Translations under genes and position numbers: made by a program
The notes under the pieces: model-generated
The model's database searches: none
Told to the model about the DNA's origin: nothing
The model's input: the letters and a program-made list of their open reading frames with translations, nothing else
Assembly (NCBI GenBank): GCA_964016885.1
Contig: OZ024742.1
Location: 319,114,001-319,178,000 of the forward strand
Reading direction: 5' to 3'
DNA from: Eledone cirrhosa
Lineage: Eukaryota
Length of the DNA: 64,000 nucleotides
Shown: positions 10,312-21,660 of the stretch, in pieces
How the letters are laid out: each line of letters opens with the position of its first letter
Numbering within the stretch: the stretch's first letter is position 1

Positions 10312-12915
10312 TCATCATCATCACCGTTTTACGTCCGTTCTTCCACGCTAGCCTGGGTTATACGGGTTGTCCTGTTGTGGGCAGTGTCTAGTCGGCTGAC
10401 CTTGTCTTGCTCATACAGGAACTGATTCTGGCTTGATTTTGACAGCTGGATGCCTTTCCTAACACCAACCTCATTTACAGTGAGTGCCTGGTGCTTTTTT
10501 TCTGTGGCGCCTACACGTCCACTTTACAGTGTGGACTGGGTGCTTTTTTGTCGTGGCACCTCCACGACCACTTTGCAGTGGGGGGCATATTGTCTATATG
10601 CTTCAGCTTCGGCTTGTTCCTGTGGGAAGTCGGGTCTTCTGTATTAATGCGTGTCGCCAGAGGTCACGATCGTGTGTCATTGCCCTTGAGAGGTGCAATT
10701 GTGTAAGGTCGGCTTTTATCACCTCATCCCAGGTCTTCTTGGGTCTCTCCACTCCGCGGATTCCATCGACTTCTAGTGCTCTGCACCTTTTTATGCAGCT
10801 GTCATCCTTCATACGCATCACATGTCCATACCAACGTAACCTCCTCTCCTGCACACAGCATTTGATTCCTCTTATGCTCAGTCTCTCTCTCAATTTGTTT
10901 ATACTTTGCCGTTCCCGTATATTACTATTACACATCCATCGGAGCTTGCAAGCTTTGTTTCTTTCTAATCTGTGCAAGTCTTCTACAGACAGTGCCCAGG
11001 TTTCACTACTGTGTAACATTGTTGTTCGTATACGCGCATTATACAGTCTGCCTTTCATTCTGAGGGAAAAGCCTTTTGCAGCTAGCAGTGGCAGTAGCTC
11101 CCTGAACTTCTTCCATCCCATTCTGACCATAGTCATTGTACTTTCCGAACACCAACCTCTGCTGCTAATTCGGTCACCTAGGTAGCAGAAGCTGTCTACT
11201 GTTTCTACAGAGCCCTCCCAGAGATTGGTGGTACTTGTTTCCTGTGGCTGTTTGCTGCTTGCTGTCCCAGCACAGCTGCTGCATGTGAAGCCTACATTCT
11301 TAATTAAGCTTCCTGAGATCCCGCTACATCTCTTGTGTACCCATTGTTTGCATTTGGCCCAGAGGATGGAGTTCCTACCTACACCTTTCCTACATACTGA
11401 GCAAGGCCATTTCCCTGAGGGGATCTGGGTTCTGTTTTCTCGTCTACTTACCTTAGTCTTTGTTAGGTTGACTTTGAGACCCTTTCTTTCTAGTCCCTGC
11501 TTCCATGTTTGTAATTTCTTAACTAGTTCCACCATGGATTCAGCTATAAGTGCGAGATCATCTGCATATAGGAGTTTCCATGGGCATCCGGTTTTAAACT
11601 CCTCCGTTATTGCCTGCAAAACTATAATGAACAGGAGAGGGCTAAGAATAGAGCCCTGGTGGACACCGATCTGTATGCTAAATTCCTCGCTATAGTCATT
11701 GCTAACCCTAACTTTGCTGACTGCTCCTCTATACATGGCTTGTACAGCTTTCACAAGCCATTCATCTACTCCTAATTTTCTAAGAGCCCACCAGATTATA
11801 GCACAGGGGACTCTGTCAAAGGCTTTTTCCAGATCGACGAATGCCAGGTAGAGCGGCTTACTTTTAGCTAGGTACTTTTCCTGTAACTGCCTCACAAGGA
11901 AGAGGGAATCAGTGGTGCCTTTTCCTGGTACAAACCCAAATTGCATCTCATCTAGTTTCACTCGGTCTCTAATCAACTGTGCTATAACTCTAGTATTACC
12001 TGGTTAATAATTTGTGTGGTTATGGTGTGACCTACTGACCCAGATGCGTTCAGCATCTCGGCAGCTATACCCGATGGACCGGTTGCCTTCCCCGTCTTCA
12101 TATCTTTGATTACCTTACTTACTACGCTGCTGTTGACTTGTACTGCTGGCCCCTCTATATGGTCCGCTCGGGGTAGGGTCTCTTTTTCCCATGCATTCGC
12201 CTCATTTAGTAATCTTTCATAATGGCTCTTCCACTCAGCTTTCTTCTCGGCACTTGTGAGGGCAAGCTCACCATTATCATTCCGGATACACTTCTCTCCA
12301 ATGACATCACAATTCTCTCTGACACACTGCCAATCTTGAACACCTCCTGTTTCTGGTCCTCACGTTTCAAAACATGCTTGAATTTTCTATCCTCTGCTTC
12401 CCTTTTAGCTAATTATACTTGTCGCCTAGCTTCCCTCCTGGTATCTATGTAATGTACCCTGCTACCCCCATTCTTCCATTGTTTCCATGCGTGTCTCTTA
12501 GCCTTAACTGCCTCATCTACCTTATTGTTCCACCACCAAGTCACTCTCCTCCTCCCTGTGCACTTGCTCCAACCACAGATCTCCTCCGTCGCCTTTAGTA
12601 AGTTATTTTTTAGCAACTCCCAGTGCTTTTCTACATTGAATGTCTCTATCTGTTCTTCTTTACTGTCATAGGCGTCGAGTAGAATATCTTTAAATCTGTT
12701 ACTGACTGAGGGGTTTTTCAGCCTTCTGTTTCCAAGTTCATCTAGTTCTGACAGCGAGGTCGCGGACAACTAAGTTATGTTGGGAGGTACATTCCTCACC
12801 TGGGAAGGCTTTTGTGTTTACAACCGTCCATCTATCAAGCCCTCTGATGAGGATAAAATCTATCTAACTAGAATGCTCCCCTGATCTATAGGTGATCAGA
12901 TGGATGTCGGGTTTT
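10312..12915 (-). mobile_element. RTE LINE, longest copy: endonuclease C-terminus, linker, RT and 3' UTR
   Basis: 457-aa open frame at 10603-11976 with AFVDLEKAFDRV, GVHQGSILSPLLF, LYADD and YLG. Upstream HLITYRSG, SQHNLVV and TWWWNNKV remnants are disrupted. Confidence 0.96.
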
Positions 12916-12985
12916 TTGGTGTGTATATATATGTGTGTGTGTGTGTATATATATATATATGTGTGTATATATATATATATATATT

Positions 12986-13018
<33 letters not shown>

Positions 13019-13022
13019 GTGT

Positions 13023-13495
13023 CATCATCATCATCATCATCACCGTTTTACGTCCGTTCTTCCACGCTAGCATGGGTTAGACGGGTTGTCCTGTTGTGGG
13101 CAGTGTCTGGTCGGCTGACCATGCCTTGCTCATACAGGAACTGATCTGGCTTGATTTCTACAGCTGGATGCCCTTCCTAACACCAACCTCATTTACAGTG
13201 AGTGCTGGGTGCTTTTTCGTGGCGCCTACACGTCCACTTTACAGTGTGGGCTGGGCGCTTTTTTGCCGTGGCACCTCCACGACCACCTTGCGGTGGGGGG
13301 GAGTGGGGGCATATTGTTTATATGCTTCAGCATGTACCCATGGGAGGTCGAGTACCCTGTATTACTGCATGACGCCAGAAGTCACGGTCGTGTGTCATTG
13401 TCTTTGAGAGGTGTAGTTGGGTAAGGTCGGCTTTTATCACCTCATCCCAAGTCATCTTGGGTCTCCCCACTCCGCGGTTTCCATCAACTTCTAGT
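13023..13495 (-). mobile_element. 5'-truncated RTE 3' end
   Basis: LEVDGNRGVGRPKMTWDEVIKADL...DRDFWR plus 3' UTR; closely matches 22490-22905. Confidence 0.92.
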
Positions 13496-13680
13496 GTGTG
13501 TGTGTATATATATTTGTGTGTGTGTATATATATTTGTGTGTGTGTATATATATTTGTGTGTGTGTATATATATATTTGTGTGTGTGTGTGTGTATATATA
13601 TATTTGTGTGTGTGTGTGTATATATATATTTGTGTGTGTGTGTATATATATTTTTTTTTTGTGTGTGTATAAATATATAT

Positions 13681-14670
13681 ACTTTGGACCTTGTGTTTAG
13701 TAACCACTATACATGATATTACAATGGAAAAAACCCTTCCATCAGACCATGCCGAAAGCTAAACCCGATGACGTTTCTCCAACTCACCCATTTGATTACA
13801 TGGATCTTCATAATGCAAACTTAGATGCAATTACTAACGATCTATCACATGTTGACTGGTCTTTCACACATGCACACATCTCTACTAACCTCAAAACATC
13901 TTGGCATATATTTGTAGACACTGTTACAAACATGTTACAAAGTGATGTTAATCCCTAACACACTGTATCAGACATAATGTTTGGTGCACCTGATGTCATA
14001 GCAGCAGTAAACAGAATGAAACACAACTCAGCAGTAGGCCTCGATAGGTTCCCTGCTAGTGTCCTGAATGTGTGTCGACATTAACTTGCATTTCCTCTAG
14101 CTAATCTGTAGAGGAACTCACTGGATGTTGGCTCTATACCTGAAAACTTTGTCCCAGTTTTCAAAAAGGGGAAACAAATCCCTTGCAGTGAATTACCATC
14201 CGATCTCACTAACCTCTCATATCATTAAGGTCTTTGAGAGGGTGGTGAGATCATGAATAACTCACTTTCTTGCAACAATCTGCTGAATTCCAACCAACAT
14301 GGATTCCATAATGGAAGTGACTGCCTAATGCAGCTCCTGCATCACATCGATGACATTTTAAGAGCTTTGGGAGAGGGCTCCAACACTGATGTCATATACC
14401 TTGATTTAAGCAAGGCTTTTGACAGTGTTGATCACATTCTTCTGAAATAACTATCTGACATTGGTGTCACTGGAAAGTTACTGCAACAGATCAAGTGTTT
14501 CCTGACAGAGCCCAACATGTTGTAGTTGAAAGAGTACAATCAAGCCGATCCAAGGTCAGTAGTGGCATCCCTCAAGGCACTGTGTTCTCTTCATTATCTA
14601 TATCAATGACATTACTGACATCATCAAGCACAGCAACATAAGAATCTTTGCAGATTTCCAAGCTCTAGAA
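13681..14670 (+). mobile_element. Degraded CR1-clade LINE ORF2 fragment
   Basis: TLDLVFSN, NYHPISLTSHIIKVFERVV, NQHGF, DVIYLDLSKAFDSVDH, SGIPQG and IFAD motifs with many stops. Confidence 0.88.
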
Positions 14671-15459
14671 GGTCATCATTGTAGCAAGCTACTTTCCTTT
14701 GGAGCATTGATAGGCTATTCGTGTGTGATTTGGCTAAGTCAGGCCAATCGTGAGCCGCACACGGATATGTATTTTCAACTTCCGCCTAAACTGAGATTTT
14801 CCCGCTACTTTCGATAAACTCTTTCTCTTGTTGCTTCAACTGTGGAAAAGTAAACACCATTTTTCTTTTGCCGTGCAACCACTAGCCAATATGTAACAAC
14901 AACAACATAACTACGGGCCTGGCCAACATCTCAACCAGTTGACCATACCTTCTAAACTCTTAATTTGTTTATTTCTTTGTTTGGCATGCCAGCTAAACTC
15001 AGCTCAACCTTTGTAATCAGTTTGTAAATAAAATATGTAAAAACATTGTAAAATCTTGTGATGCTATTACCACAGCCATAGCCTTTAAATGTGATATGGA
15101 AAGATCCTTTCCAGAGTTATCACAGCAGCAACAGAACCTGGGACTTACAGCCGAACCTCAAATCAACTAACATTGCCATATGACAAAACCATTACATTCA
15201 TTGATATAACAAAACCATACCTTTCCTGTTACAACACATCAATATTATTATTCTTGTTGATATTCCTATTATTATTTTCTGCTATATTGGTGACCTCTGT
15301 TGATACAAATATTATTATCATTACTATAAATCTGCTAAATAATTTTACCATCCATTTTGCATTGTCTTTGCCTTCTTAAACATCATTTTCTACATTAAAT
15401 ACTATACACAATGCTTCAATCAAACTACGACATTCTGTTGTGCATATATGTATATATAT

Positions 15460-15775
15460 TACTCCATCCTCCCACTCCAACCAACACCATCCTTTCTCTG
15501 TAAAGTTATGTTGGTATCACAACATCCAGTCCAAACTAAAGAGGTCGTGTAGGTGTCACAACAAAAAAACACACAGTCCACGCTGTAATGTGGCCGTGTA
15601 GGAAGCACGGTAAAAAGGCTCCCAGTCCACACTGTAAATGTGGTTGGTGTTAGGAAGGGCATCCAGCTTTATAAAACCTGCCAGATACAGTTCTATATGA
15701 GCGAGACACAATCTTGCCTTAAGTGGGACTATTCCCGTCTAACATGGAAGATAGATGTTAAACGATGATGATGAT
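15460..15775 (+). mobile_element. RTE 3'-UTR fragment
   Basis: Matches the 63860-64000 type UTR and ends in a (GAT)n tail. Confidence 0.75.
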
Positions 15776-17443
15776 AGTTCCCGGCTGTTACACCTAGAGT
15801 AAAGAAGTGTAGAATGCGCTTGTTGGATTTTCATTTTCACACAAGATGACTGAATGCAGAAATATTGTCAAAATCACCAAGTTCACGGTCGATCCTCTAT
15901 TTTTACTAATTTGTATGTATGAGTACGCATGTATGCATCATCATCGTCGTTTTAACATCTGCTTTCCCTGCTAGCAAAGGTTGGATGGGTCCATACAGAC
16001 CAAGTCAGTACCAAAGCAGAGCCACTGATCTCCCAGGCAGGCCAGGGACTTGTGCCTCACTCATGGACAGTCTCACATTTCATCAAGTGCTCAAAAGGAG
16101 TTGTCATGCCTTTAACACAACTGAGGGTCTTCCCAACAGTGTGTTTGGCAAATTTTCTATGGCTAGATTCCTTTCCTATCACCAACCACTTTACAGCATG
16201 TACTTGGTGCGTTTGTGTAAATCACCAACACTAGGAATGTTGTCATGTCCTCCCGACCTTTTGTGGGGTGGTGGAACTGTTAGGAATGGGAGTTGGGGTT
16301 GAAGTTGTGAAATTAAGAATAACTGTTAGGGAGTGTTAATAGATGGGGGAGGCATGGGGGTAGGTCAGGTCACATTGTAAGCTGCAGGTTGGGTGTTCTT
16401 CAGCACTGCATAGCGCCAACCCTGTCAGTCTTTAGTCATTTCTGTTGTAAGGTTTAGCTTTTTAAGGTCAGTCTTTACAACCTCATTCTATCTCTTCCTG
16501 GGTCTACCTCTTCCACGGATCCCAGCCACTGGAGTTTCTCTGTATTTCTTTATGCAGCTGCTATCTTCCACACACTCATAAGTTATTGATCAACCAGATG
16601 TCATGATTGTAGAAGACACTTGCTAAGAGGTACTGTGCAGTGAAATGAAACCCAGAATATTGAGTTTACAAAGCCAACTTCTTAACCACACAACCATGTC
16701 TCCACCCATACAAGACAAAGCAGAATTAAGTGACAGAACCACTGAGTTGCATGTCTGTTACATTAAAAATAATTATTTATCTAATTTATCTATGTTGTGT
16801 ATATACCATACATAGCAGGATGATGCGAGTTCTATATTTTACTGAGACAGGCCTGTTATACACATTCACAGCTGAATGTTGTTGATGTAATAACTTTCCT
16901 GTTAAATGGTCAAAGGTCCATCTTCTATCACTTTCACACTGCTTTGTCAGAAACAAAGCCACTTAAAACTTACTAGCTTATTTGACAAAGCTGTAACTGG
17001 AACATTGTACCTTAAATAGAGACTTGAGATAAGTTTTTATTTTAACTTACATTCTGTTAACTCAATCTTTCTCACAATCTTTCTCAGTCTTTCTCACACA
17101 AAAAAAAGATAAAAGCATAACAAAAGCATGCAAAGAAAATAGCTTCATTAAATTTAAATATTATCAGTATTGTGATCAGCATCATCATCACCAATGTCAT
17201 CACCACCACCACCAACAAGAGCTACACAAAAATGACAACAATAACAGCTACACGACAACAACAGAAACAGCTACACAACAACAAGAGCTACACAACAACA
17301 ACAAGAGCTACACAACAACAACAAGAGGTACACAACAGCAGCAACAAGAGCTACACAACAACTACATAACAACAGCTACACAACAACAACATCTTCATCA
17401 TCAAATGCATTCATTTTCATGAGAGAATATCATTTATTTCCAG

Positions 17444-17561
17444 TGCCATTTGAATTGTGTACGTCGCAGTACAGATGGATGGAGCATATGGGGTGTCATG
17501 TTGGATTTTACTGGTGGTGCTTTTAGTATTTTACAAATGTTTCTACTTGCATATAACAACG
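17444..17561 (+). CDS. CTNS: Cystinosin coding exon (TM6)
   Basis: ttccag|TGC...AAC G|gtgagt; CHLNCVRRSTDGWSIWGVMLDFTGGAFSILQMFLLAYNN vs human [24 protein letters not shown]. Confidence 0.95.
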
Positions 17562-17611
17562 GTGAGTATAGTTTGTTACTATTATTGTTATACACTATTA
17601 TAAGGGTTATG

Positions 17612-17805
17612 GGTGGTGGATTGGCAGTATCGGTAGAGGGACGGATGCCATGCTTTGCAGCATAGAGTTACGGTTCTTTACATTCTGAGTTCAAATCCTG
17701 TCAAGGTTAACTTTGTCTTTCATCCTTACGGGGTCGATGAAATAATGCATCAGCAATGCACTGGGGTACTTGCTGGCCTTGTGCCAAAAGTAGAAACAAT
17801 TATTG
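17612..17805 (+). mobile_element. tRNA-derived SINE (Deu/Nin-like core); further copies at 37620-37810 (+), 45090-45500 (-, two), 34985-35830 (-, array) and 62392-62481 (-)
   Basis: A-box TGGCAGTATCGG, B-box GAGTTCAAATCC and core CTTTCATCCTTACGGGGTCGAT. Confidence 0.8.
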
Positions 17806-18320
17806 TTATACATTGATATTTGCTAGATAGTTCTGTTCTGCAATGCTACATAGACAGCATGTTGGCAGAAACATTAGAGTATTGAACAAAATACTTTTCA
17901 GTACTTATACCTGTTATTTTGTTTTCTGAGTTCTAATTCCATGGAGCTCAAACTTGCCTTTGATCCTTCTTCATATTGAAAGATCACAATTTTGGTACTA
18001 CAGGTTAGAATCTCTAAGGAAAGAATCTCAGGACAGATTTCACAGGTAAAGCAAACTGGCAGCAGACCCAGAGGTAGACCATGAACAAGATGGTTGGATA
18101 ACATCCATAACCTTGGTTGGTCATGTCTGATGACACTGTCTCTATGCCCCTCTCAGGGATATATAGGAGAAGGTGGAGGAGGAGGAGAAGAAAAAGAACC
18201 TCCTTCTGAATTCAATAAAATAAGTATTTCAGGTTTAATCAAATATACCTACCCTACAAATAGGTGAAATTGTTCCTATGCTGGAGATCTATAGTATTAA
18301 TATTACACTTATTTACTTCA

Positions 18321-18535
18321 CCCTTTAGCATTTACATTACTCTATATATACTATTATATTTTCATAGTAAAGGTTTTATCTCACATAATTATCTTAAATA
18401 ATATTGAATCTATGAGATTTTGATATTATTTATTTTTAGAACAATGCCTTAATATCAGTATGAGTGGCTGATTACAGCCGGTTTGAACAGCAAGAGGTGA
18501 GAATTCTGGTCGGTTATGGCCGGTGTAAATGCTAT
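18321..18535. mobile_element. piggyBac-type MITE family 1, one end truncated
   Basis: Starts CCCTTTAGCATTTA; internal sequence matches 26123-26340 in reverse. Confidence 0.8.
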
Positions 18536-18602
18536 TTTCAAATTTCTGTGTAATATCTAATATAATGTCTATCTTTCTACCCTCCTTTCTCTCTCTCCAC
18601 AG

Positions 18603-18745
18603 ATGACTGGAGTTCTATATTTGGTGATCCAACAAAATTTGGTCTTGGTGTTTTCTCCATTGCATTTGATATAATATTCATCTTCCAACATTATTGCTTT
18701 AACAAACACAACTATATTGCTATCACTGGACCGGGTGAGTCCTGA
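18603..18745 (+). CDS. CTNS: Cystinosin terminal coding exon (TM7 and tail, TGA at 18743-18745)
   Basis: Polypyrimidine tract then cacag|AT GAC TGG; (D)[55 protein letters not shown] and QHY are conserved; YIAI is a YxxPhi-type motif. Confidence 0.92.
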
Positions 18746-18815
18746 AAATGAAATAATGATGTGCCTTATCCTAAAGAAACCCCCCCAAAAAATCAACCTA
18801 TGTCTAACACAATGA

Positions 18816-18855
<40 letters not shown>

Positions 18856-19021
18856 TGTATGTATATATATATATATATATGTATGTATACACATGTATAT
18901 ATGTATGTATACACATGTATATATGTATGTATACATATATATATATATATGTATGTATATATGTATATATATATATATGTGTGTGTGTATGTATATATAT
19001 GTGTGTGTATGTTTGTATTTA

Positions 19022-19070
<49 letters not shown>

Positions 19071-19460
19071 TAATGATGAAATACATAAGTATGACCAAAC
19101 ACATTCAGTAGGAGCCTATCTTTCGTGTGTCAAACCACCTTTCAAGCTGATTGCACCCAAGGTTCACCCATCGTCAACATCTGATGGAGTAGACATGTGG
19201 TCTCATGCCTCTCAAAATCTGAGTAATAGCTATCAGTTATTAGCTGTTTATCTACAAATATGTACTCAGTATAATGTATTGAGTGCTCCTTTCTTTCATT
19301 TGTAATCATACTCATAAATTTATTTACATACACACATATATATAATTACACATGTACATATATTTTTCTGTAGTTTTTTTGCATATCTTTTTAATTTTGA
19401 TATAACCAATACATGTACATATATTGCTGTGTGTGTGTGTACATACATGTACATATATTG

Positions 19461-19494
<34 letters not shown>

Positions 19495-19874
19495 ATACAC
19501 TCACATTAAGAAATGATGCCAAGACTATATAATACATATGTATATATACGTATATACAGGATATATTTCGAAATTATGTATACATTTTTACAAATTTGTC
19601 TCCTGAATCATACAATTTTTTATGACTCTTTTATTTCAAAACCTTAAGGATTAGTTCTTTTTTTTTACAACAAACAAAACTAGATGTTTAAACTGTCTTC
19701 CAGATGCAGTTGTGCATTGCCAATACTTTTATTTAGTCAATCATATCAACTCCAGTATTTAATCTTTTAAGTGAGATACTTATTTTACCGATCAGTTTTT
19801 CTTATTGAACCATTAAGTTAAGGATGTAAACAAATGCACACACGCACGCACACGCACACACATACACACACGCA

Positions 19875-19914
<40 letters not shown>

Positions 19915-21046
19915 CTTTTCGTCTACCAAGTTTTACACACAAAGCATTGGTCAATCCCAGGCTATAATAAAAGGCATTTGTACAAGGTGCGATACAGTAG
20001 GACTGAGCCCTAATATCCTTGATTATAATTAGTCTTTGAATTGTAACTCCTAACAAAATTTATTCATCAATATTTTTTTCTATTCATAAAAAATGGAGAA
20101 TTTCAACAGAAGTTTCCAGCATAATCAAAATCATTTGAAATTTCAACACTTTCAAAGAATATTTTTGAAAAATTTATTTATTGAATTTACATTCCAATTT
20201 GTTTCATATAATGAAATGCAATTCTTGTAGATCAGGATCTTTGCAAGATATATATACCATATATAAGTATATTTATCATTTTTTAAAGAGATTCAATGAT
20301 GGGATGTGAGGCGGATGTAGGTTAAAAAAAAACACATTCTTTTTTTTTTTTTTTTTTATCACATTTTATCATATTGTGAAGAAATTGTGATGATAAATCT
20401 CAAACGAAATTCTACTCAGTGAGATTATAGATAAAACATTATTTTCAGTATTCTTGTTGATACTTCAGTGTTGATACTTTAAATAAAGCATAATAAATAT
20501 GTCAGGATTTTTTTCTTTCAAATAAAACAACTGCAAATCAAGTGTAATGTATAAACAAACTACAAAAAAAGCAAAAACAAAAATTACTTCTATTTTTATC
20601 AAACATCAATTTATTAATTTAAAAAAAAAATTAATAAACAAGCCATAAATTGTTAATTCTTTTGGCATTTAAAAATAAAGTTAAAATTCAAAATAAATCA
20701 AAATAAAATTAGTTTGGTTTTTAACATTCAATAAAAGATGGTGTTTGTCTCTTTTTTGTGTGAGTGCATATTAGTTAATAAAATCATCATGATTTTATGT
20801 TCTATTTCTAAGCTAGCATGGGTTAGACAGTTCACCATGGTCAAAGTTAGTGCTAATTCAGAGTTACTGTTCTTTAGATGAGTTGGAAGACCATGACAGA
20901 TGTGGTCAAATCTATATGAAGATGGTCAATGGAATGGTGGGGTATGATCTCCAGATATCATACTTCAATTATACCATGCTTTTGTTTAGTGGAAGAACAT
21001 AGTACATACTCTAAAATGCAGTGGATCTACTGTTGAATATTTAGTC

Positions 21047-21432
21047 CAGTGGTTCTCTTGGGGGAAGGGGGATGGGGGTTACAGTAGTATTTTAGGGGTC
21101 CATGAAAAAGTTTTGCTTTTAAAGAAAATGTCTTAGCCTCAGAGAAAGAAAACAAATTAAAAATCAAAAAAAAAAAAATAAAACATAAGCAGTTGGTCAA
21201 AAAATTCCTTAAGGAATTAATAGAAATCAAAAGAAATGATACTGGAGAAAACAACAACCAGAATTAGTGGTGATGAAGTGTAAATAAATTTACACAACAC
21301 ACACACATACTGTCTCCAGTTTATATTCCTGGGGAACTTCAGCTGGCATTGGAGGTGGTGGTTGGAGGTCTACCAGAGTAAAATAGGAATCAAAGGGGTC
21401 CATAGGTAAAAAAAAAAGGTTGAGAACTGCTG
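21047..21432. mobile_element. hAT (Charlie/MER5-like) non-autonomous element
   Basis: Termini CAGTGGTTCTC...GAGAACTGCTG with subterminal GGGGTCCAT motifs; TSD degenerate. Confidence 0.65.
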
Positions 21433-21660
21433 ATCTATCAGTTCCTTTAATGCCAAGGCTCTGGTGATGTGGTCTATGTAACATCTCTTGTTTTGAACTT
21501 ATCTGAGATCATTCAGGCTGCTATGTTTCTCTCCTTGTGTTTAGTATACTAAATATTAATGTGAAGTCTGAAAAATGAAAACACAAAATGGGTGAGAAGT
21601 GGTGGACTTTGTTGAAGGTGGTATATAGCCAGCCAGCTCTGAGGAGTGTCATAGTGTTAA

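Noticed and set aside
9160-10425. Long Cys/Val/Tyr/Ile or His/Thr ORFs (also 12864-13716, 18569-19111, 29309-30501)
   Set aside because: Translations of (TG)n/(TA)n microsatellites, which lack stop codons.
10484-11695. 233-aa and 156-aa ORFs antisense to the RTE RT
   Set aside because: Shadow frames of the LINE ORF; broken at different places in other copies and without recognisable motifs.
10603-11976. Active autonomous LINE or domesticated RT gene
   Set aside because: The upstream endonuclease is truncated and disrupted by deletions and frameshifts; the open frame reflects recent insertion only.
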